A stretch of 62,938 nt of DNA, from NCBI GenBank assembly GCA_020627625.1, contig JAHDGL010000001.1, positions 1 through 62,938 of the forward strand. Reading direction: 5' to 3'. The position numbers and the translations under genes are program-made. The stretch is from Alphaproteobacteria bacterium (GTDB lineage: Bacteria > Pseudomonadota > Alphaproteobacteria > Rickettsiales > Rickettsiaceae). A model generated the notes under the pieces. The model saw only the letters and a list, made by a program, of their open reading frames with translations, did no database searches and was not told where the DNA came from. Of the stretch, positions 40,234 through 52,764 are shown piece after piece. Positions within the stretch are counted from its first letter, which is position 1, and every line of letters starts with the position of its first letter.

Positions 40234-41521
40234 CATCAATCAATAATCTTTCTGGATCTTCTATAGCTTCTTTAACTTTAACAAGGAAAGTAACAGCATC
40301 TTTACCATCAATTACTCTGTGATCATAAGAAAGCGCAGTATACATCATCGGACGAATTTCAACTTTACCATTAATCGCTACAGGTCGTTCTTGGGTATTA
40401 TGCAAACCAATAATTCCTGTTTGTGGTGGATTGATAATTGGCGTTGAAAGCAACGAACCATATACACCACCATTAGTTATAGAAAATGTTCCGCCAGTTA
40501 AGTCAGACATAGTTAATTTACCCTCTCGAGCACGAATTGCTAAAGAACTAATTGTTTTTTCTATCTCCGAGAAGCTTAGCTTGTCTGCATTTCTCACCAC
40601 AGGTACAACAAGACCCTGCTCCGTTCCAACTGCAACCCCTATATCGTAATATTGTTTATATATTATATCATCGTTTTCTATTTCTGCGTTCACTGATGGA
40701 ACAGCTTTAAGAGCGCTTATAATTGCTTTCACAAAAAATGACATAAAACCAAGTTTTACACCGTGTTTTTCTTTGAAACTATCGCGGTATTTTTTACGAA
40801 TGGATATAATATTTGACATATCCATTTCATTAAAAGTGCTTAAAATAGCAGCTGTATTTTGTGAGTCCTTCAAACGCTGTGCAATTGTTTTACGCAAGCG
40901 TGACATGCGAATACGTTCTACTGGTTTTTCTAAATTTTCTGTATTTGATATAGCAGAATTATTTGCCGTAATATTGCTAGCACTAGTTTGCGAATGAGTA
41001 TGATTATAAGTATGGTTATCAGGATTATTTAATATGTTTAATACATCACCCTTATTAATACGACCATCCTTGCCAGTGCCTTCAATGTTTTTAGGATCTA
41101 AATTATTTTCTGTAACTAATTTTTTCACAGAAGGAGGCATTGTTGCAGCTGGGTCAATTTTCTTACCAAGCATATCAGTAGAAGCGCTTTGCACTCCGAT
41201 TAAGTCATTCGCATCTCCAGTTTTGCTATTTGAACTATTATTAATTGTTATACCAATCTCTTTAGGCAATGATATTGAAACAGCTCCTTCTTTGATTTTA
41301 CCAACTATTTGACCCACTTCAACTGTAGCATTCTCTTCAGCCTCTATAGATTCTAAAACTCCTGCTGCTGTTGCATTTACTTCGAGAGTTACTTTTTCCG
41401 TTTCAAGTTCAAGCAATAACTCATCTATTTGTACTGCATCGCCTGGTTTTTTAAACCATTTTGCAATAGTTGCCTCTGAAACAGACTCTCCTAAGGCTGG
41501 TATTATAATTTCTACACTCAT
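40229..41521 (-). CDS. sucB: 2-oxoglutarate dehydrogenase E2 (dihydrolipoamide succinyltransferase)
   Basis: Lipoyl domain [24 protein letters not shown]. Start taken at ATG 41521. Confidence 0.97.
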   Translation of the reverse strand: MSVEIIIPALGESVSEATIAKWFKKPGDAVQIDELLLELETEKVTLEVNATAAGVLESIEAEENATVEVGQIVGKIKEGAVSISLPKEIGITINNSSNSKTGDANDLIGVQSASTDMLGKKIDPAATMPPSVKKLVTENNLDPKNIEGTGKDGRINKGDVLNILNNPDNHTYNHTHSQTSASNITANNSAISNTENLEKPVERIRMSRLRKTIAQRLKDSQNTAAILSTFNEMDMSNIISIRKKYRDSFKEKHGVKLGFMSFFVKAIISALKAVPSVNAEIENDDIIYKQYYDIGVAVGTEQGLVVPVVRNADKLSFSEIEKTISSLAIRAREGKLTMSDLTGGTFSITNGGVYGSLLSTPIINPPQTGIIGLHNTQERPVAINGKVEIRPMMYTALSYDHRVIDGKDAVTFLVKVKEAIEDPERLLIDV

Positions 41522-41647
41522 AATTTGTTTCTCCGATAATATTCTCAACTGTTTTTACTATATTTTTCTAATTCATCTATATTTTTATCTTATTCTAAAC
41601 CATACGCTTAGTAGCTTAAACTAACCTAACGGATAGCTTAAAAACTA

Positions 41648-44587
41648 TTATAATTTAAGAGCATGTTTTATTAAATCCTGTTGCTGTTGATTATGTACAT
41701 ATAAATAACCAACCGCTGGCGAAGATGCTTGATCTCTACCAATAAAATCTATCGTTTTTTTGACACCTGCTTGATTTAATGTGTTTTCCATGCAAGCTCT
41801 AATAAACCTCCAACAACCCATATTTTTTGGCTCCTCTTGACACCACACATATTCTGTAACATTTGGATATTTTTTTATTATCTCAATGATACTATCTTTT
41901 TCAAAAGGATATATTTGCTCTAAACGAATAATTGCAATATTATGTATTTTTTGCTTTCTGCGTTCTTCAAGTAAATCATAATATACTTTACCTGTACAAA
42001 AAATTATTTTTTTTACTGACTTATGTTTTATTTCTTTATCAATTTCGTCAATTACTGGAATAAAAGCTGTGTTTTCATCAAACTCAGAAATATCAGATAT
42101 TACTAACTTATGACGTAATAACGATTTCGGAGACATAATAATTAACGGCTTCCTAAAATTACGCAATATCTGACGACGTAATAAATGAAATATAGAAGCT
42201 GGTGTTGTTGGATAGGCAACTTGCATATTATCATCTGCACAAAGCTGCAAGAACCTCTCTAATCTTGCCGAGCTATGTTCTGGACCCTGACCTTCCATTC
42301 CATGTGGTAATAAACATACTAATCCACTCATACGCAACCATTTAGTCTCGGCAGAAGAAACAAATTGATCAAAAATAATTTGCGCTCCATTAGCAAAATC
42401 ACCAAATTGCGCTTCCCAAATTACTAATTGCTTTGGACTGACTAAAGAATAGCCGTATTCAAAACCAAGAACTCCATATTCCGAAAGATTACTATCTGCA
42501 ATTTCAAAAAAAGCTTGATTGTCAGATAAATTATTTAATGGCTCGTAAATAGATTTATCTGTTTGCGAATGTAGAACAGCATGTCTGTGTGAGAAGGTAC
42601 CACGACCAGAATCTTGTCCTGTAATTCTAATTGGCGTTCCCTCTTTTAATAAGCTGCCATAGGCTAATTGTTCAGCAGCTGCCCAATCTAACAAACCATG
42701 ATTATTTATGTTGTTTAATCTAGTTGCTAATAATTTACCCAGCTTTCTATTTAAACTGAAAGATTCTGGAATATTACATAGATCATTACATATTTTTAAT
42801 AAAACTGATTTATTAACTCCAGTTTTTATAGTTTGGTCATTTATACGATCAAAATTTTTCCAGCGACCTTCGAGCCATTGAGTAGTTGGTTTATAATTCT
42901 CCGCTTCGGCAAATTCTGAATTTAAATAAGTTTTAAATTCTTGCTTTAGTTGATTGTAATACTCTGTATCTATAATTGATTTACTTGCTAACTTGTCAGC
43001 GTATATTGCCGCTGGAGTTGGCTTAGATTTAATAACATTATACATTACACCTTGAGTATACATTGGCTCATCACCCTCATTATGACCATATTTACGGTAA
43101 CATACAATGTCTACCACTACATCTTTGGCAAATGTAGTACGATAATCACATGCTATTTTTGTTGCAAGCATTACTGCTTGAATATCGTCGCCATTTACGT
43201 GTAATATCGGAGCCCCAACGACTTTAGCAACCTCCGTGCAATAACGACCAACTCTTGAATCATAAGAATTAGCTGTAAAGCCAATTTGGTTATTGATAAC
43301 TAAATGAAAAATCCCACCAACTTCATATGGTTTTAAACCAGACATTACTAGGCTTTCTGCAACAACTCCTTGACCACAAAATGCAGCATCACCGTGAACT
43401 AATATACCTACAACTTTCTTACGATCTCGCCCCAGAAAATCTTGTTTTGCACGAACCTTACCGGCAACTACTGGATTTACTGCTTCAAGATGTGATGGGT
43501 TTGGTGTTAATGATAAATGTATTTTATTCCCAGAGGAAGTGATTTTATCTGAAGAAAATCCCATATGATATTTTACATCACCAGCGATATTTAACTCAGT
43601 TGGAAACGAGCTACTACCCATAAATTCAGAGAATATTGCACGATACGGTTTTTGCATTACTTTTGTTAAGGTAGATAACCTGCCTCTGTGTGCAAGACCC
43701 AGTACCGCCTCTTGAACCCCCTGCTCTGACGATAAATCAATTACTTTATCTAAACATACAATAGCAGCGTCGCCTCCTTCTATAGAAAAACGTTTGGCGC
43801 CTGGAAATTTTGTATGTAAATATTGCTCAAACCCCTCTACTTCTACTAAATCTTTTAACATTTTCTTCTTATCTTCGTCAGAAAATATTTTATGCGTGTT
43901 AGCGTTCTCTAATTGATCATATAACCATTTTTGTTCGATGCTATTTTCAACATGAGAAAACTCGGCGGCTATGCTGCCAGAATATGTACGTTCTAAAATA
44001 TCAACTAGCTCCTTCACGGTACATTTCGTAACATCACTTAACTCACCAGTTAAATCAACAACTTCTGATAGCTGATTTTTATTAAAACCAAAATTATCTA
44101 AATCCAATTTTAATTCGGCACGTGTTTTTTGTACTTCTAAAGATAATGGATCAAGGTTAGCTAAATAATGACCTTTCTCGCGATACGCCATAATCATAAA
44201 TTTAGCTTTCAGAGAATTTTCTGCTAGAGTGTTTACCGAAGGATTTGTTTCTATATTCCCCGTTAAAGAATTTGCCCCAATAGCAGAGTTGTTATTTGTT
44301 TTTTTTACTTTATCATCAAATTTATGTTTGCTAAAATTACCTTCATCTTCTTTAGAATTAATTTTACCCCTTACAACATTAGTGCTGTTTTTAACAATAA
44401 TTTTTGAGGTACTTTTTAAAGGTAATATATCATTTTGAGAATTAAAAAACTCAACCCAACTAGAGTCAATTGACTCAGGGTTTTCTAGATATTGTTGATA
44501 AAGTTCCTCAATAAAAACCGAGTTACTACCGAATAAAAAACTTGTTTGCTCGAAACCTCTTGACACTAAAATATTCTCTTTTTGCAA
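41648..44587 (-). CDS. sucA: 2-oxoglutarate dehydrogenase E1
   Basis: [54 protein letters not shown]. Confidence 0.98.
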   Translation of the reverse strand: MQKENILVSRGFEQTSFLFGSNSVFIEELYQQYLENPESIDSSWVEFFNSQNDILPLKSTSKIIVKNSTNVVRGKINSKEDEGNFSKHKFDDKVKKTNNNSAIGANSLTGNIETNPSVNTLAENSLKAKFMIMAYREKGHYLANLDPLSLEVQKTRAELKLDLDNFGFNKNQLSEVVDLTGELSDVTKCTVKELVDILERTYSGSIAAEFSHVENSIEQKWLYDQLENANTHKIFSDEDKKKMLKDLVEVEGFEQYLHTKFPGAKRFSIEGGDAAIVCLDKVIDLSSEQGVQEAVLGLAHRGRLSTLTKVMQKPYRAIFSEFMGSSSFPTELNIAGDVKYHMGFSSDKITSSGNKIHLSLTPNPSHLEAVNPVVAGKVRAKQDFLGRDRKKVVGILVHGDAAFCGQGVVAESLVMSGLKPYEVGGIFHLVINNQIGFTANSYDSRVGRYCTEVAKVVGAPILHVNGDDIQAVMLATKIACDYRTTFAKDVVVDIVCYRKYGHNEGDEPMYTQGVMYNVIKSKPTPAAIYADKLASKSIIDTEYYNQLKQEFKTYLNSEFAEAENYKPTTQWLEGRWKNFDRINDQTIKTGVNKSVLLKICNDLCNIPESFSLNRKLGKLLATRLNNINNHGLLDWAAAEQLAYGSLLKEGTPIRITGQDSGRGTFSHRHAVLHSQTDKSIYEPLNNLSDNQAFFEIADSNLSEYGVLGFEYGYSLVSPKQLVIWEAQFGDFANGAQIIFDQFVSSAETKWLRMSGLVCLLPHGMEGQGPEHSSARLERFLQLCADDNMQVAYPTTPASIFHLLRRQILRNFRKPLIIMSPKSLLRHKLVISDISEFDENTAFIPVIDEIDKEIKHKSVKKIIFCTGKVYYDLLEERRKQKIHNIAIIRLEQIYPFEKDSIIEIIKKYPNVTEYVWCQEEPKNMGCWRFIRACMENTLNQAGVKKTIDFIGRDQASSPAVGYLYVHNQQQQDLIKHALKL

Positions 44588-44751
44588 AATAAAATCTAAC
44601 CTAAGGTATTCTACTATTTAAAAGACAGTAATTGCAAGAATTTTTAGATCTGTAGTGTTAATAATACAGAATTCATATCCTAAAATTTCACAAAGTTTTA
44701 TAAAATTTTTACTAAAGCCAATGTTTAATAACGTGAATTAATGATAACAAA

Positions 44752-45351
44752 CTATTCAAATAAATACCTGGTTTCTAATGCAGCAGACAAAGTGCCCTCA
44801 TCAAGATAATCAAGTTCACCACCAACGGGAATACCACTAGCAAGACGCGATATTTTTATCGAAAAACCTTTAAAATATTCAGTAATAAAATAAGCAGTAG
44901 TTTGACCATCTAAAGTAGCATTAGTTGCAATGATTAACTCTTCTGTGCTATGTTTTTTACATCTATCACGCAAAGCAATCAAACCTAATTCCTCTGGTTG
45001 TCTATTCTTGGTTTTAGCCAAAGTACTACCAAGAACATGATATTTTCCTTGAAAAACCTCACTACGCTCAATTGCCCATAATTCTGCAACGGTTTCAACT
45101 ACCGCAATAACATTATCTGTGCGCGATGAATCGCTACATATTCCGCATATATCGCTATAATCAACATTACCACAAATCATGCAATTATGAATTTTATTAG
45201 CAGCATCTTCTAGACCTTCAATCAAACCTTTTAAGCGTAAATCTTTATCTTGTAGCAAGTGTAGCACTATTCTTCTAGCCGATCGCGTACCAAGACCTGG
45301 TAATTTTGAAAAAAGATAGATTAATTGATTAGGGCCTGTTGTTTTATGCAT
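44752..45351 (-). CDS. recR: Recombination mediator RecR
   Basis: HhH motif [12 protein letters not shown]4 zinc finger, TOPRIM domain, [12 protein letters not shown]. Confidence 0.97.
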   Translation of the reverse strand: MHKTTGPNQLIYLFSKLPGLGTRSARRIVLHLLQDKDLRLKGLIEGLEDAANKIHNCMICGNVDYSDICGICSDSSRTDNVIAVVETVAELWAIERSEVFQGKYHVLGSTLAKTKNRQPEELGLIALRDRCKKHSTEELIIATNATLDGQTTAYFITEYFKGFSIKISRLASGIPVGGELDYLDEGTLSAALETRYLFE

Positions 45352-45367
45352 AAATTAGTGTATTTCT

Positions 45368-45685
45368 CTAAAAATTCATACCTGGCAACATTCCAGCCAT
45401 ACCACCAAATGCTCCGCTCATATTATTCTTAGACTCAGCTTCAGCTTTTGATTTTGCTTCATTATGTGCAGCTATTATTAAATCTTCTAACATTTCTTTG
45501 TCATCCGGCTTGATTAAAGAAGAATCAATATTCACTTTTTTCATCTCACCTGCACCGCTCATAGTCACAGTAACCAGGCCACCGCCAGACTTACCTTCAA
45601 ACTCTTTAGCGGCCATTTCTTTTTGCATATCTTGCATTTTTTGCTGCATTGATTGAGCTTGCTTCATTAATTTATTTATATTCAT
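45368..45685 (-). CDS. ybaB: Nucleoid-associated protein YbaB/EbfC
   Basis: MKQAQSMQQKM, GGGLVTV, EMLEDLIIAA, in dnaX-ybaB-recR order. Confidence 0.95.
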   Translation of the reverse strand: MNINKLMKQAQSMQQKMQDMQKEMAAKEFEGKSGGGLVTVTMSGAGEMKKVNIDSSLIKPDDKEMLEDLIIAAHNEAKSKAEAESKNNMSGAFGGMAGMLPGMNF

Positions 45686-45727
45686 AATATCCTCTTACCT
45701 TTTTTTATAATTAATTATGTTTTATAT

Positions 45728-47398
45728 TTATAACCTTAGCAATATATCCGAAATATTAGCATTCGGGAATTTATTTTTTATTGTCAGATAATCACCAGTT
45801 TCTTTCACCTTGGCAAGCATTTCTTCTTTCAAAGAAGAGATGCTATCTTGTTTTAAGTTTGATATTTTCCAATCCTGGCCCGACCATTTTTGCAATAATT
45901 TTTCCATTTTTGTAATAATATTCAAGCTGATGTTTGTATTGCTAGCTATTTGCATTTTTTGTGATACAAACTCTTTTATCTCTACTTGATTTAATAATAA
46001 GTGATATATCTCCATCTCAGAATTACTATGGCAATATTTTAAAAAATCTAATATTTGCGTTTGTTTTGTTTTTCTTGTTTGTTGACCCTTTATTGATTCC
46101 AAATGGGTGTTATTCTTATCATGCTTGGATTTATCAGCTCTAGATGAGCTTCCACTATCCATTTGTTCGATCTTTGGATCTAAGTTTGTATTTAGAGCTG
46201 GTTTTATATTTGAAATTGAGCTTGCGCCTAAAACCTCCTCTGCGTTTAAAATTTCTTCAGCACTTGGTAAATTGCAAGAATAAACTGCTTTAATAATTAG
46301 CATTTGTGCAGTTACTAATTCATTGTGTGATTGCTTGATTTCATTTATTCCATTGCTAAATATCTGCCATAAAATAGTTATCCTCGAAAGACTTACACCG
46401 ATTAATATATCAGATATTTCTTGAGAATAATTTTGATATAATTGACTATGATAATTATTGATTACTTTCGATTTGCTAAGCTCTGCGATAAAGTCAGATA
46501 GGTTTTGAATAAAATATTCAATACTACTTGATTCTTGATAAATCTCCCCAAGCAAATTCATGGCTTTAGTTGGGTCATTAGCTATAATTAATTGTACAAA
46601 TTTTATAATAATACCCGTATCGACTAAGCCAAGCATTTTTCTCACGATATTAGCAGTAATATAATTGCTATTATCATCTGTGTTATAAGCGTAGCTCGCA
46701 GCCTGGTCTAGCATACTCACAGCATCACGTGCTGACCCTTCAGATTTTACAGATATAATTCTTAGGGCTTCTTTTTCAAATTTAATATTCTCAATTTCAG
46801 AAATATTATTCACTAATATATTAATTTCATCAAATGTAAGCCTACGCAAATCGTACCTTTGGCACCTAGAAACTACAGTTAGAGGAATTTTCTGCACCTC
46901 TGTAGTAGCAAAAATAAAAATCACATGCTCGGGTGGTTCTTCTACTATTTTCAGCAATGCATTAAACGCACTTTTAGAAAGCATATGTATTTCATCAATA
47001 ATAAAAAACTTCATTTGACCAAGCAAAGGTTTGTACTCACTGGTTTCTATTATTTCCCTTATATCATCGACGCTAGTTTTGCTTGCTGCGTCAATTTCAA
47101 TAATATCTGGATGATTATGATTATTAAAACTTCGACAATTTGTACATTCGTCGCAAGGTAAAATTTGTGCATCATTTTTTTGAAGATTAGTACAATTTAC
47201 TGTTTTAGCGATAATTCGGGCTGACGAAGTTTTTCCCACTCCACGAATTCCAGTTAATAAATGAGCTTGAGCTAGACGATTATTTTGAATACAATAAGTT
47301 AAAGTTTTAGTTAATACTTCTTGTCCCAGTAATTCTGAAAATTTCGTAGGGCGATATTTACGAGCAAATGGAATATAACTAGTACTATTTTTTGACAT
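45728..47398 (-). CDS. dnaX: DNA polymerase III gamma/tau subunit
   Basis: ARKYRP, GIRGVGKT, EIDAAS, DEIHMLS, EEPP, SRC. Confidence 0.97.
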   Translation of the reverse strand: MSKNSTSYIPFARKYRPTKFSELLGQEVLTKTLTYCIQNNRLAQAHLLTGIRGVGKTSSARIIAKTVNCTNLQKNDAQILPCDECTNCRSFNNHNHPDIIEIDAASKTSVDDIREIIETSEYKPLLGQMKFFIIDEIHMLSKSAFNALLKIVEEPPEHVIFIFATTEVQKIPLTVVSRCQRYDLRRLTFDEINILVNNISEIENIKFEKEALRIISVKSEGSARDAVSMLDQAASYAYNTDDNSNYITANIVRKMLGLVDTGIIIKFVQLIIANDPTKAMNLLGEIYQESSSIEYFIQNLSDFIAELSKSKVINNYHSQLYQNYSQEISDILIGVSLSRITILWQIFSNGINEIKQSHNELVTAQMLIIKAVYSCNLPSAEEILNAEEVLGASSISNIKPALNTNLDPKIEQMDSGSSSRADKSKHDKNNTHLESIKGQQTRKTKQTQILDFLKYCHSNSEMEIYHLLLNQVEIKEFVSQKMQIASNTNISLNIITKMEKLLQKWSGQDWKISNLKQDSISSLKEEMLAKVKETGDYLTIKNKFPNANISDILLRL

Positions 47399-47480
47399 GC
47401 GTCAATCTAATGGTTGGTTTGTAAGTATGTATATTTAATCTGTAAATAACGAACAACTAAATTGGATAATTATATATAAT

Positions 47481-47566
47481 AGCTAGCATTGACCCGCTAA
47501 AATAATGCTCTGGCTGCTTCTTTTCAGACCTGACCAACTAAACAAAACAAACGCCCAACACTAGCC
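47481..47566 (-). ncRNA. ffs: SRP RNA (4.5S)
   Basis: Minus strand GGCTAGTGTTGG...TCAGGTCTGAAAAGAAGCAGC...TCAATGCTAGCT has the conserved helix-8 motif and paired ends, in the usual position upstream of dnaX. Confidence 0.92.
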
Positions 47567-47610
47567 TATATACAAAGATAATATTTTTAATGCAACAGAT
47601 CAAGGTCTAT

Positions 47611-48270
47611 TTACAGCTCATTGAACTTTTTTTCTAATTGCAATTTATTCAAACGTTTTGGTTTGTCAAAAATATTAGGGTTTTGAATGATAAACAAGCT
47701 TTTTGCAACTCGGCTAATCATTTTAGTTTTATCAAAAGTTAAAGTTATAATATTGTCCTCTTCAAAAATTTTCATCGTTCTAATTTCTTTTGATTTTATA
47801 TCAAAAACAACTTCGCTAATTTTATTTGATTCAAGATGCTTTAATCTTATAATGTAATTTTTATTTTGTTTTTTATTAGATAAAATTTCGAATTGATCTT
47901 CTATTTTTACCTTATCTACAAGTAAAAAATTAAATATATTCTCTTTAGCTTTAATCCGACTTAAATTTTCCATTTCATAATCATAAATAGAAACATAATT
48001 TTTATTTCCTATAATTAGCAAAGGAAATGGTTCATAATAATTGCAACGAAATTTATAGGGCTTATCTATAATTAACATACCACGAGTGCTTTTCTCGCTT
48101 CTACTATCTGATTGCGTAAATTCAACCGCTATTGACTGGATATTTGTTATATATGATTTGATTTCTTCAGAAAAATTTACAGCTAACAGATATTTACTAT
48201 TGAATAATAAAACAAGAAAGATAATATACCTACTAAGAATAAGTAATGAATTGATTGTATTTTGTAACAT
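47611..48270 (-). CDS. lolA: Outer-membrane lipoprotein carrier LolA
   Basis: Signal peptide and the pattern VEFTQ...GMLIIDKPYKFRCNYYEP. Confidence 0.8.
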   Translation of the reverse strand: MLQNTINSLLILSRYIIFLVLLFNSKYLLAVNFSEEIKSYITNIQSIAVEFTQSDSRSEKSTRGMLIIDKPYKFRCNYYEPFPLLIIGNKNYVSIYDYEMENLSRIKAKENIFNFLLVDKVKIEDQFEILSNKKQNKNYIIRLKHLESNKISEVVFDIKSKEIRTMKIFEEDNIITLTFDKTKMISRVAKSLFIIQNPNIFDKPKRLNKLQLEKKFNEL

Positions 48271-48407
48271 AAAAATTATATAATCTCAGTTAAAATGTAA
48301 ATTGTTTATTTATCATTTTAAGTATAACTTTTTTATTTAATTATCAACTTAAAACGTTAGAATATTACTAAACAAGCAGTTAATTTCAACTATAAAATAT
48401 TAATGCT

Positions 48408-49535
48408 ATGAAAATCGCAGCAATTAAAGAACAGGTTAAAGGCGAAACTAGAGCAGCAATTACCCCAGAGAGCGCTAAATTATTTGTAACAAAAGGTTAT
48501 AAAGTTTGTGTAGAAAAAAATATCGGACATGCTGCTAACTTCAATGATTCGGATTATATTAATGCGGGAGCAACCGTTTCTTCTGTACCTTTAGAAATAT
48601 TGTCAGATGCTGATATAATTTTAAAGGTTCAACCAACGCCGATTATTGACGAATTTAATGAAATCGATATGGCCAAGCAAGGCGCTGTGATTATAGGTTT
48701 ATTATCACCATATAGTAATTCTGACTATATTACAAAATCATTACCCAAGAAATTATCCACTATTTCTATGGAACTATTACCTAGAATTACTAAAGCGCAA
48801 AATATGGATGTTCTTTCATCACAAAGCAATCTTGCCGGCTATCGCGCTGTAATAGAAGCTTCTTATTATTATGATAAAATTTTTCCCATGATGATGAGTT
48901 CTGCTGGTACAATCTCTCCTACAAAAACCTTAGTTATTGGTGTTGGCGTTGCTGGCTTGCAGGCAATTGCTACCGCTAAACGACTTGGTAGCGTTGTATC
49001 GGCCTATGATGTACGGGCCGCAACAAAAGAACAGGCAGAAAGCTTAGGGGCTAAATTCATACATCCTAACAATAATAAGATTGATGCTGAAGATAAATCT
49101 GGATACGCAAAAGAAGTAAGTAAAGATTTTGCTCATATACAAGAAGAGTTTTTATTAAAAACTATATCTAATTTTGACATAGTTATAACTACTGCACAAA
49201 TACCTGGCAAGAAAGCTCCTCTTATAATTACAAAAGAAATGGTAGCCAAAATGCGCCCAGGTTCAGTAATTGTTGATATGGCAACAGGTTCTGGTGGTAA
49301 CGTGTCCGATTCTTCGATTGACAAAGTTATATCAAAGAGAGGGGTAAAAATTATCGGTTGGAGTAATATGGCTGCAAAAATTGCTAGTGATAGTTCAAAA
49401 CTATATGCAAAAAATTTATATAATTTCGTTGATTATGCTATGCGAAATGGCAAATTCAATTTTGAAGATAATTTAGTCAAAGAGATGTTAATAGGGATTA
49501 ATGGTAAAATGATAAATGAAAAATTTAAATTATAA
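48408..49535 (+). CDS. pntAA: NAD(P) transhydrogenase alpha-1 subunit (domain I)
   Basis: PRITKAQNMDVLSSQSNLAGY, GVGVAGL, DKSGYAKE. Confidence 0.95.
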   Translation: MKIAAIKEQVKGETRAAITPESAKLFVTKGYKVCVEKNIGHAANFNDSDYINAGATVSSVPLEILSDADIILKVQPTPIIDEFNEIDMAKQGAVIIGLLSPYSNSDYITKSLPKKLSTISMELLPRITKAQNMDVLSSQSNLAGYRAVIEASYYYDKIFPMMMSSAGTISPTKTLVIGVGVAGLQAIATAKRLGSVVSAYDVRAATKEQAESLGAKFIHPNNNKIDAEDKSGYAKEVSKDFAHIQEEFLLKTISNFDIVITTAQIPGKKAPLIITKEMVAKMRPGSVIVDMATGSGGNVSDSSIDKVISKRGVKIIGWSNMAAKIASDSSKLYAKNLYNFVDYAMRNGKFNFEDNLVKEMLIGINGKMINEKFKL

Positions 49536-49620
49536 TCTACTTGGTCAAAAGTGATACATAATCTATCTATAAATTTTAAAAAACATATTTAACAAATAAA
49601 ATTAATAAAGCTATAAATTT

Positions 49621-50019
49621 ATGAGTAATCAATTACCAAATGCAATAAATGAAGCAAATCAACTTGCTGAAAAAACTAATATTTTGATTCAGCAGTTAAA
49701 AGATATTAGCATGGAACCGATTAGTATTATAAAAGTTGGTGTAGACCCTTTAGTGTTCGCCATGACCATATTTATTCTAAGCTGTTTTATTGGGTATTAC
49801 GTAGTGTGGAAAGTCACCCCGTCCTTACATACCCCATTAATGTCTCTAACTAATGCAATATCAGGAATAATTATAATTGGAGCGTTAATTTCAGCTGGCA
49901 CCGCTCAGTTTGGTGTTTCTTCTGCATTAGGCTTTATAGCAACTTTTTTTGCTGCTATAAATATTTTTGGTGGATTTGTAGTAACCGAAAGAATGTTAGA
50001 AATGTTTAAGAAAAAATAG
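49621..50019 (+). CDS. pntAB: NAD(P) transhydrogenase alpha-2 subunit
   Basis: [34 protein letters not shown]. Confidence 0.95.
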   Translation: MSNQLPNAINEANQLAEKTNILIQQLKDISMEPISIIKVGVDPLVFAMTIFILSCFIGYYVVWKVTPSLHTPLMSLTNAISGIIIIGALISAGTAQFGVSSALGFIATFFAAINIFGGFVVTERMLEMFKKK

Positions 50020-50035
50020 CTAAAAGGTATAAAAT

Positions 50036-51430
50036 ATGACATCACAAATAATAGAATTTTCTTATCTTGCATCAGCTATTTGTTTTATTTTTGCATTAAA
50101 AGGCTTATCTTCTCCAAAATCTGCCAGAATGGGTAGTATTATTGGTATGGTTGGCATGATGATAGCACTTGTTGCTACTTTCTATTTACCTACATTTAAA
50201 CAAGCAATAGCTTTGTTATCTACTATAATCTTGGGAGCGATAGTTGGATTTATTATTGCCCGTAAAATTCCAATGACTGCTATGCCGCAATTAGTAGCTG
50301 GATTTCACTCCTTTGTAGGTTTAGCAGCAGTACTTGTTGCTTATGCTGCTTTTATATCACCACATAATTTTGACATTGCTCATTATGGCTCTATTCCAAC
50401 TGGCGCATTAATTGAAATGTCTATCGGGGCCGCTATTGGTGCTATTACTTTTAGCGGATCTATAATTGCATTTGGTAAACTACAAGGTATTATAGGATCA
50501 CAGCCGATAAAGTTTATGGGGCAACAATATGTTTGTGCATTAATTTTTATAGTCATAATTACTTTAGTTTATTACATAATTCAGCAAGAAAGCCTATTTC
50601 TGTTTAGCGCTTTAATATTTTTGTCCTTGCTGCTTGGAATATTATTAATAATTCCTATCGGTGGCGCGGATATGCCAGTAATTGTTTCGATGTTAAACTC
50701 TTATTCTGGTTGGGCTGCTGTTGGTATTGGCTTTACTTTGGGCAATAGCTTACTGATTATCACAGGCGCATTAGTGGGTGCTAGTGGTGCAATTTTAAGC
50801 CACATAATGTGCAAAGCAATGAATAGATCATTATTTAATGTTATTTTTGGTGCGTTTATTCAGAACAACAATTTGCAAAATTCTACAGTAGAAGATGATA
50901 GGGTGGCCAAAATAAGTAGCGCTGAGGATGCAGCCTTCTTAATGCAACAAGCTGAGTCTGTTATCATAGTACCTGGCTATGGAATGGCTGTAGCTCAGTC
51001 GCAGCACGCCATTAAAGAAATGACCGAGATATTAAAAAAATCTGGTGTAAAAGTGCGTTTTGCAATTCATCCAGTAGCAGGCAGAATGCCAGGTCATATG
51101 AATGTATTGCTTGCTGAGGCAAATATTGATTATGAAGATGTACTAGAGCTGGATGACATTAATAGTGATTTTAGTTCAACTGATATAGCATTGGTAATTG
51201 GTGCAAATGATGTAACAAATCCAGCAGCGAAAACTGATAAAACTTCACCTATATACGGTATGCCGATACTTGACGTAGGCGATGCTAAGACAGTTTTATT
51301 TATTAAAAGATCAATGTCACCCGGTTATGCAGGAATACAAAATGATTTATTCTTTCGGGACAATACTTTAATGCTTTTTGCAGATGCAAAAAAAATGGTA
51401 GAAGATATTATTAAAGCACTTGAATCTTAA
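50036..51430 (+). CDS. pntB: NAD(P) transhydrogenase beta subunit
   Basis: MPQLVAGFHSFVGL, IGGADMPV, HPVAGRMPGHMNVLLAEA. Confidence 0.97.
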   Translation: MTSQIIEFSYLASAICFIFALKGLSSPKSARMGSIIGMVGMMIALVATFYLPTFKQAIALLSTIILGAIVGFIIARKIPMTAMPQLVAGFHSFVGLAAVLVAYAAFISPHNFDIAHYGSIPTGALIEMSIGAAIGAITFSGSIIAFGKLQGIIGSQPIKFMGQQYVCALIFIVIITLVYYIIQQESLFLFSALIFLSLLLGILLIIPIGGADMPVIVSMLNSYSGWAAVGIGFTLGNSLLIITGALVGASGAILSHIMCKAMNRSLFNVIFGAFIQNNNLQNSTVEDDRVAKISSAEDAAFLMQQAESVIIVPGYGMAVAQSQHAIKEMTEILKKSGVKVRFAIHPVAGRMPGHMNVLLAEANIDYEDVLELDDINSDFSSTDIALVIGANDVTNPAAKTDKTSPIYGMPILDVGDAKTVLFIKRSMSPGYAGIQNDLFFRDNTLMLFADAKKMVEDIIKALES

Positions 51431-51604
51431 TTTATATCAGTGTTTTGTAAGTTTATAATTGAAGTGATTTTGTATATAGTAAATTCAAGTTGAGATTAAA
51501 AAAAGAACCTATATTAAAATAATATTGTGATCTACATATATTTTATAGAATTCATGTCATAATTATGTTATTTTGTTAATATTATTAAATATAACAGAAT
51601 AATC

Positions 51605-52699
51605 ATGACATTAAAGTGCGGAATTGTAGGCTTGCCAAATGTTGGTAAATCTACTTTATTTAACGCCTTAACGGCAAGTAGTGGCGCAGAAGCTGCAAAT
51701 TACCCATTTTGCACTATTGAACCCAATACAGGAATTGTTCCAGTACCAGATGATCGACTTGATCAACTAGCAAAAAATGCTAATTCCGCTAAAACAATAC
51801 CTGCTTTCATTGAGTTTGTGGATATTGCTGGACTTGTTAAAGGTGCTAGTACAGGAGAAGGTCTTGGAAATAAGTTTTTATCTCACATTAGAGAAGTAGA
51901 TGCAATTATTCATGTGTTACGTTGCTTTGAGGATGTGGATATAACCCACGTACATGGCAAAATAGATCCAATAGAGGATTCTGAAATTATTGATACAGAA
52001 TTAATTATCGCTGATTTAGAATCAGTAGAAAAAAGAATAACAAACTCAACAAAAAAATCTAAAACTGATAAAAGTTTAATTCCTCAATTAGAGCTGCTAA
52101 AGAAATGTAAAGAGGTTCTAGAAAGCGGCAAACCAGTGCGATCTATAAAAAAGGATGTAGATAAAAAAGAACTAGCTAATCTACAATTACTTACATCAAA
52201 ACCAGTCCTCTATGTTTGTAATGTACTAGAATCCGAGGCAACAGAGGGTAATAAATATTCTAATCTGGTTCTAGAGAAAGCTGCAAAAGAGGGGGCTAAT
52301 AATGTTATTATTTCCTCTAAAATTGAGGCTGAGATTTCTATTTTAGAAAGTGCTGAAGAGAAACAAGAGTTTTTAGAGAGTTTAGGTTTAAAAGAAACCG
52401 GTCTTAGCAAAATCATAAGGTCAGCATATGATTTACTAGGTTTGAAATCATTTTTTACAGTTGGACCAAAAGAAGCACACGCTTGGACATTTAAGACAGG
52501 GGCTTTAGCACCTAATGCGGCTGGTATAATACATACTGATTTTGAAAAAGGCTTTATACGTGCAGAAGTAATTGGTTGCGCGGAATATTTAGAAATTGGT
52601 AGTGAAGTTAAGGCCAAAGAATTAGGTAAAATTCGTGTTGAGGGTAAGGATTACGAAATGCAAGATGGTGATGTTGTGCATTTCAGATTTAATGTATAA
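51605..52699 (+). CDS. ychF: Redox-regulated ATPase YchF
   Basis: GLPNVGKSTLFN, ANYPFCTIEPN, DIAGLV and a C-terminal TGS domain. Confidence 0.98.
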   Translation: MTLKCGIVGLPNVGKSTLFNALTASSGAEAANYPFCTIEPNTGIVPVPDDRLDQLAKNANSAKTIPAFIEFVDIAGLVKGASTGEGLGNKFLSHIREVDAIIHVLRCFEDVDITHVHGKIDPIEDSEIIDTELIIADLESVEKRITNSTKKSKTDKSLIPQLELLKKCKEVLESGKPVRSIKKDVDKKELANLQLLTSKPVLYVCNVLESEATEGNKYSNLVLEKAAKEGANNVIISSKIEAEISILESAEEKQEFLESLGLKETGLSKIIRSAYDLLGLKSFFTVGPKEAHAWTFKTGALAPNAAGIIHTDFEKGFIRAEVIGCAEYLEIGSEVKAKELGKIRVEGKDYEMQDGDVVHFRFNV

Positions 52700-52764
52700 A
52701 TTCATATTATCCTAAATTTGTATTATTAACAAGAGTTAAAGATAATATAGCATAATTAACTACA

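Noticed and set aside
48408-50019. Split pntA as gene decay
   Set aside because: The alpha-1/alpha-2 split is the normal three-subunit arrangement in many alphaproteobacteria.
51554-51571. Pho-box-like ATGTCAT-AATT-ATGTTAT upstream of ychF
   Set aside because: It is a single degenerate AT-rich match with nothing linking it to the PhoB-like regulator.
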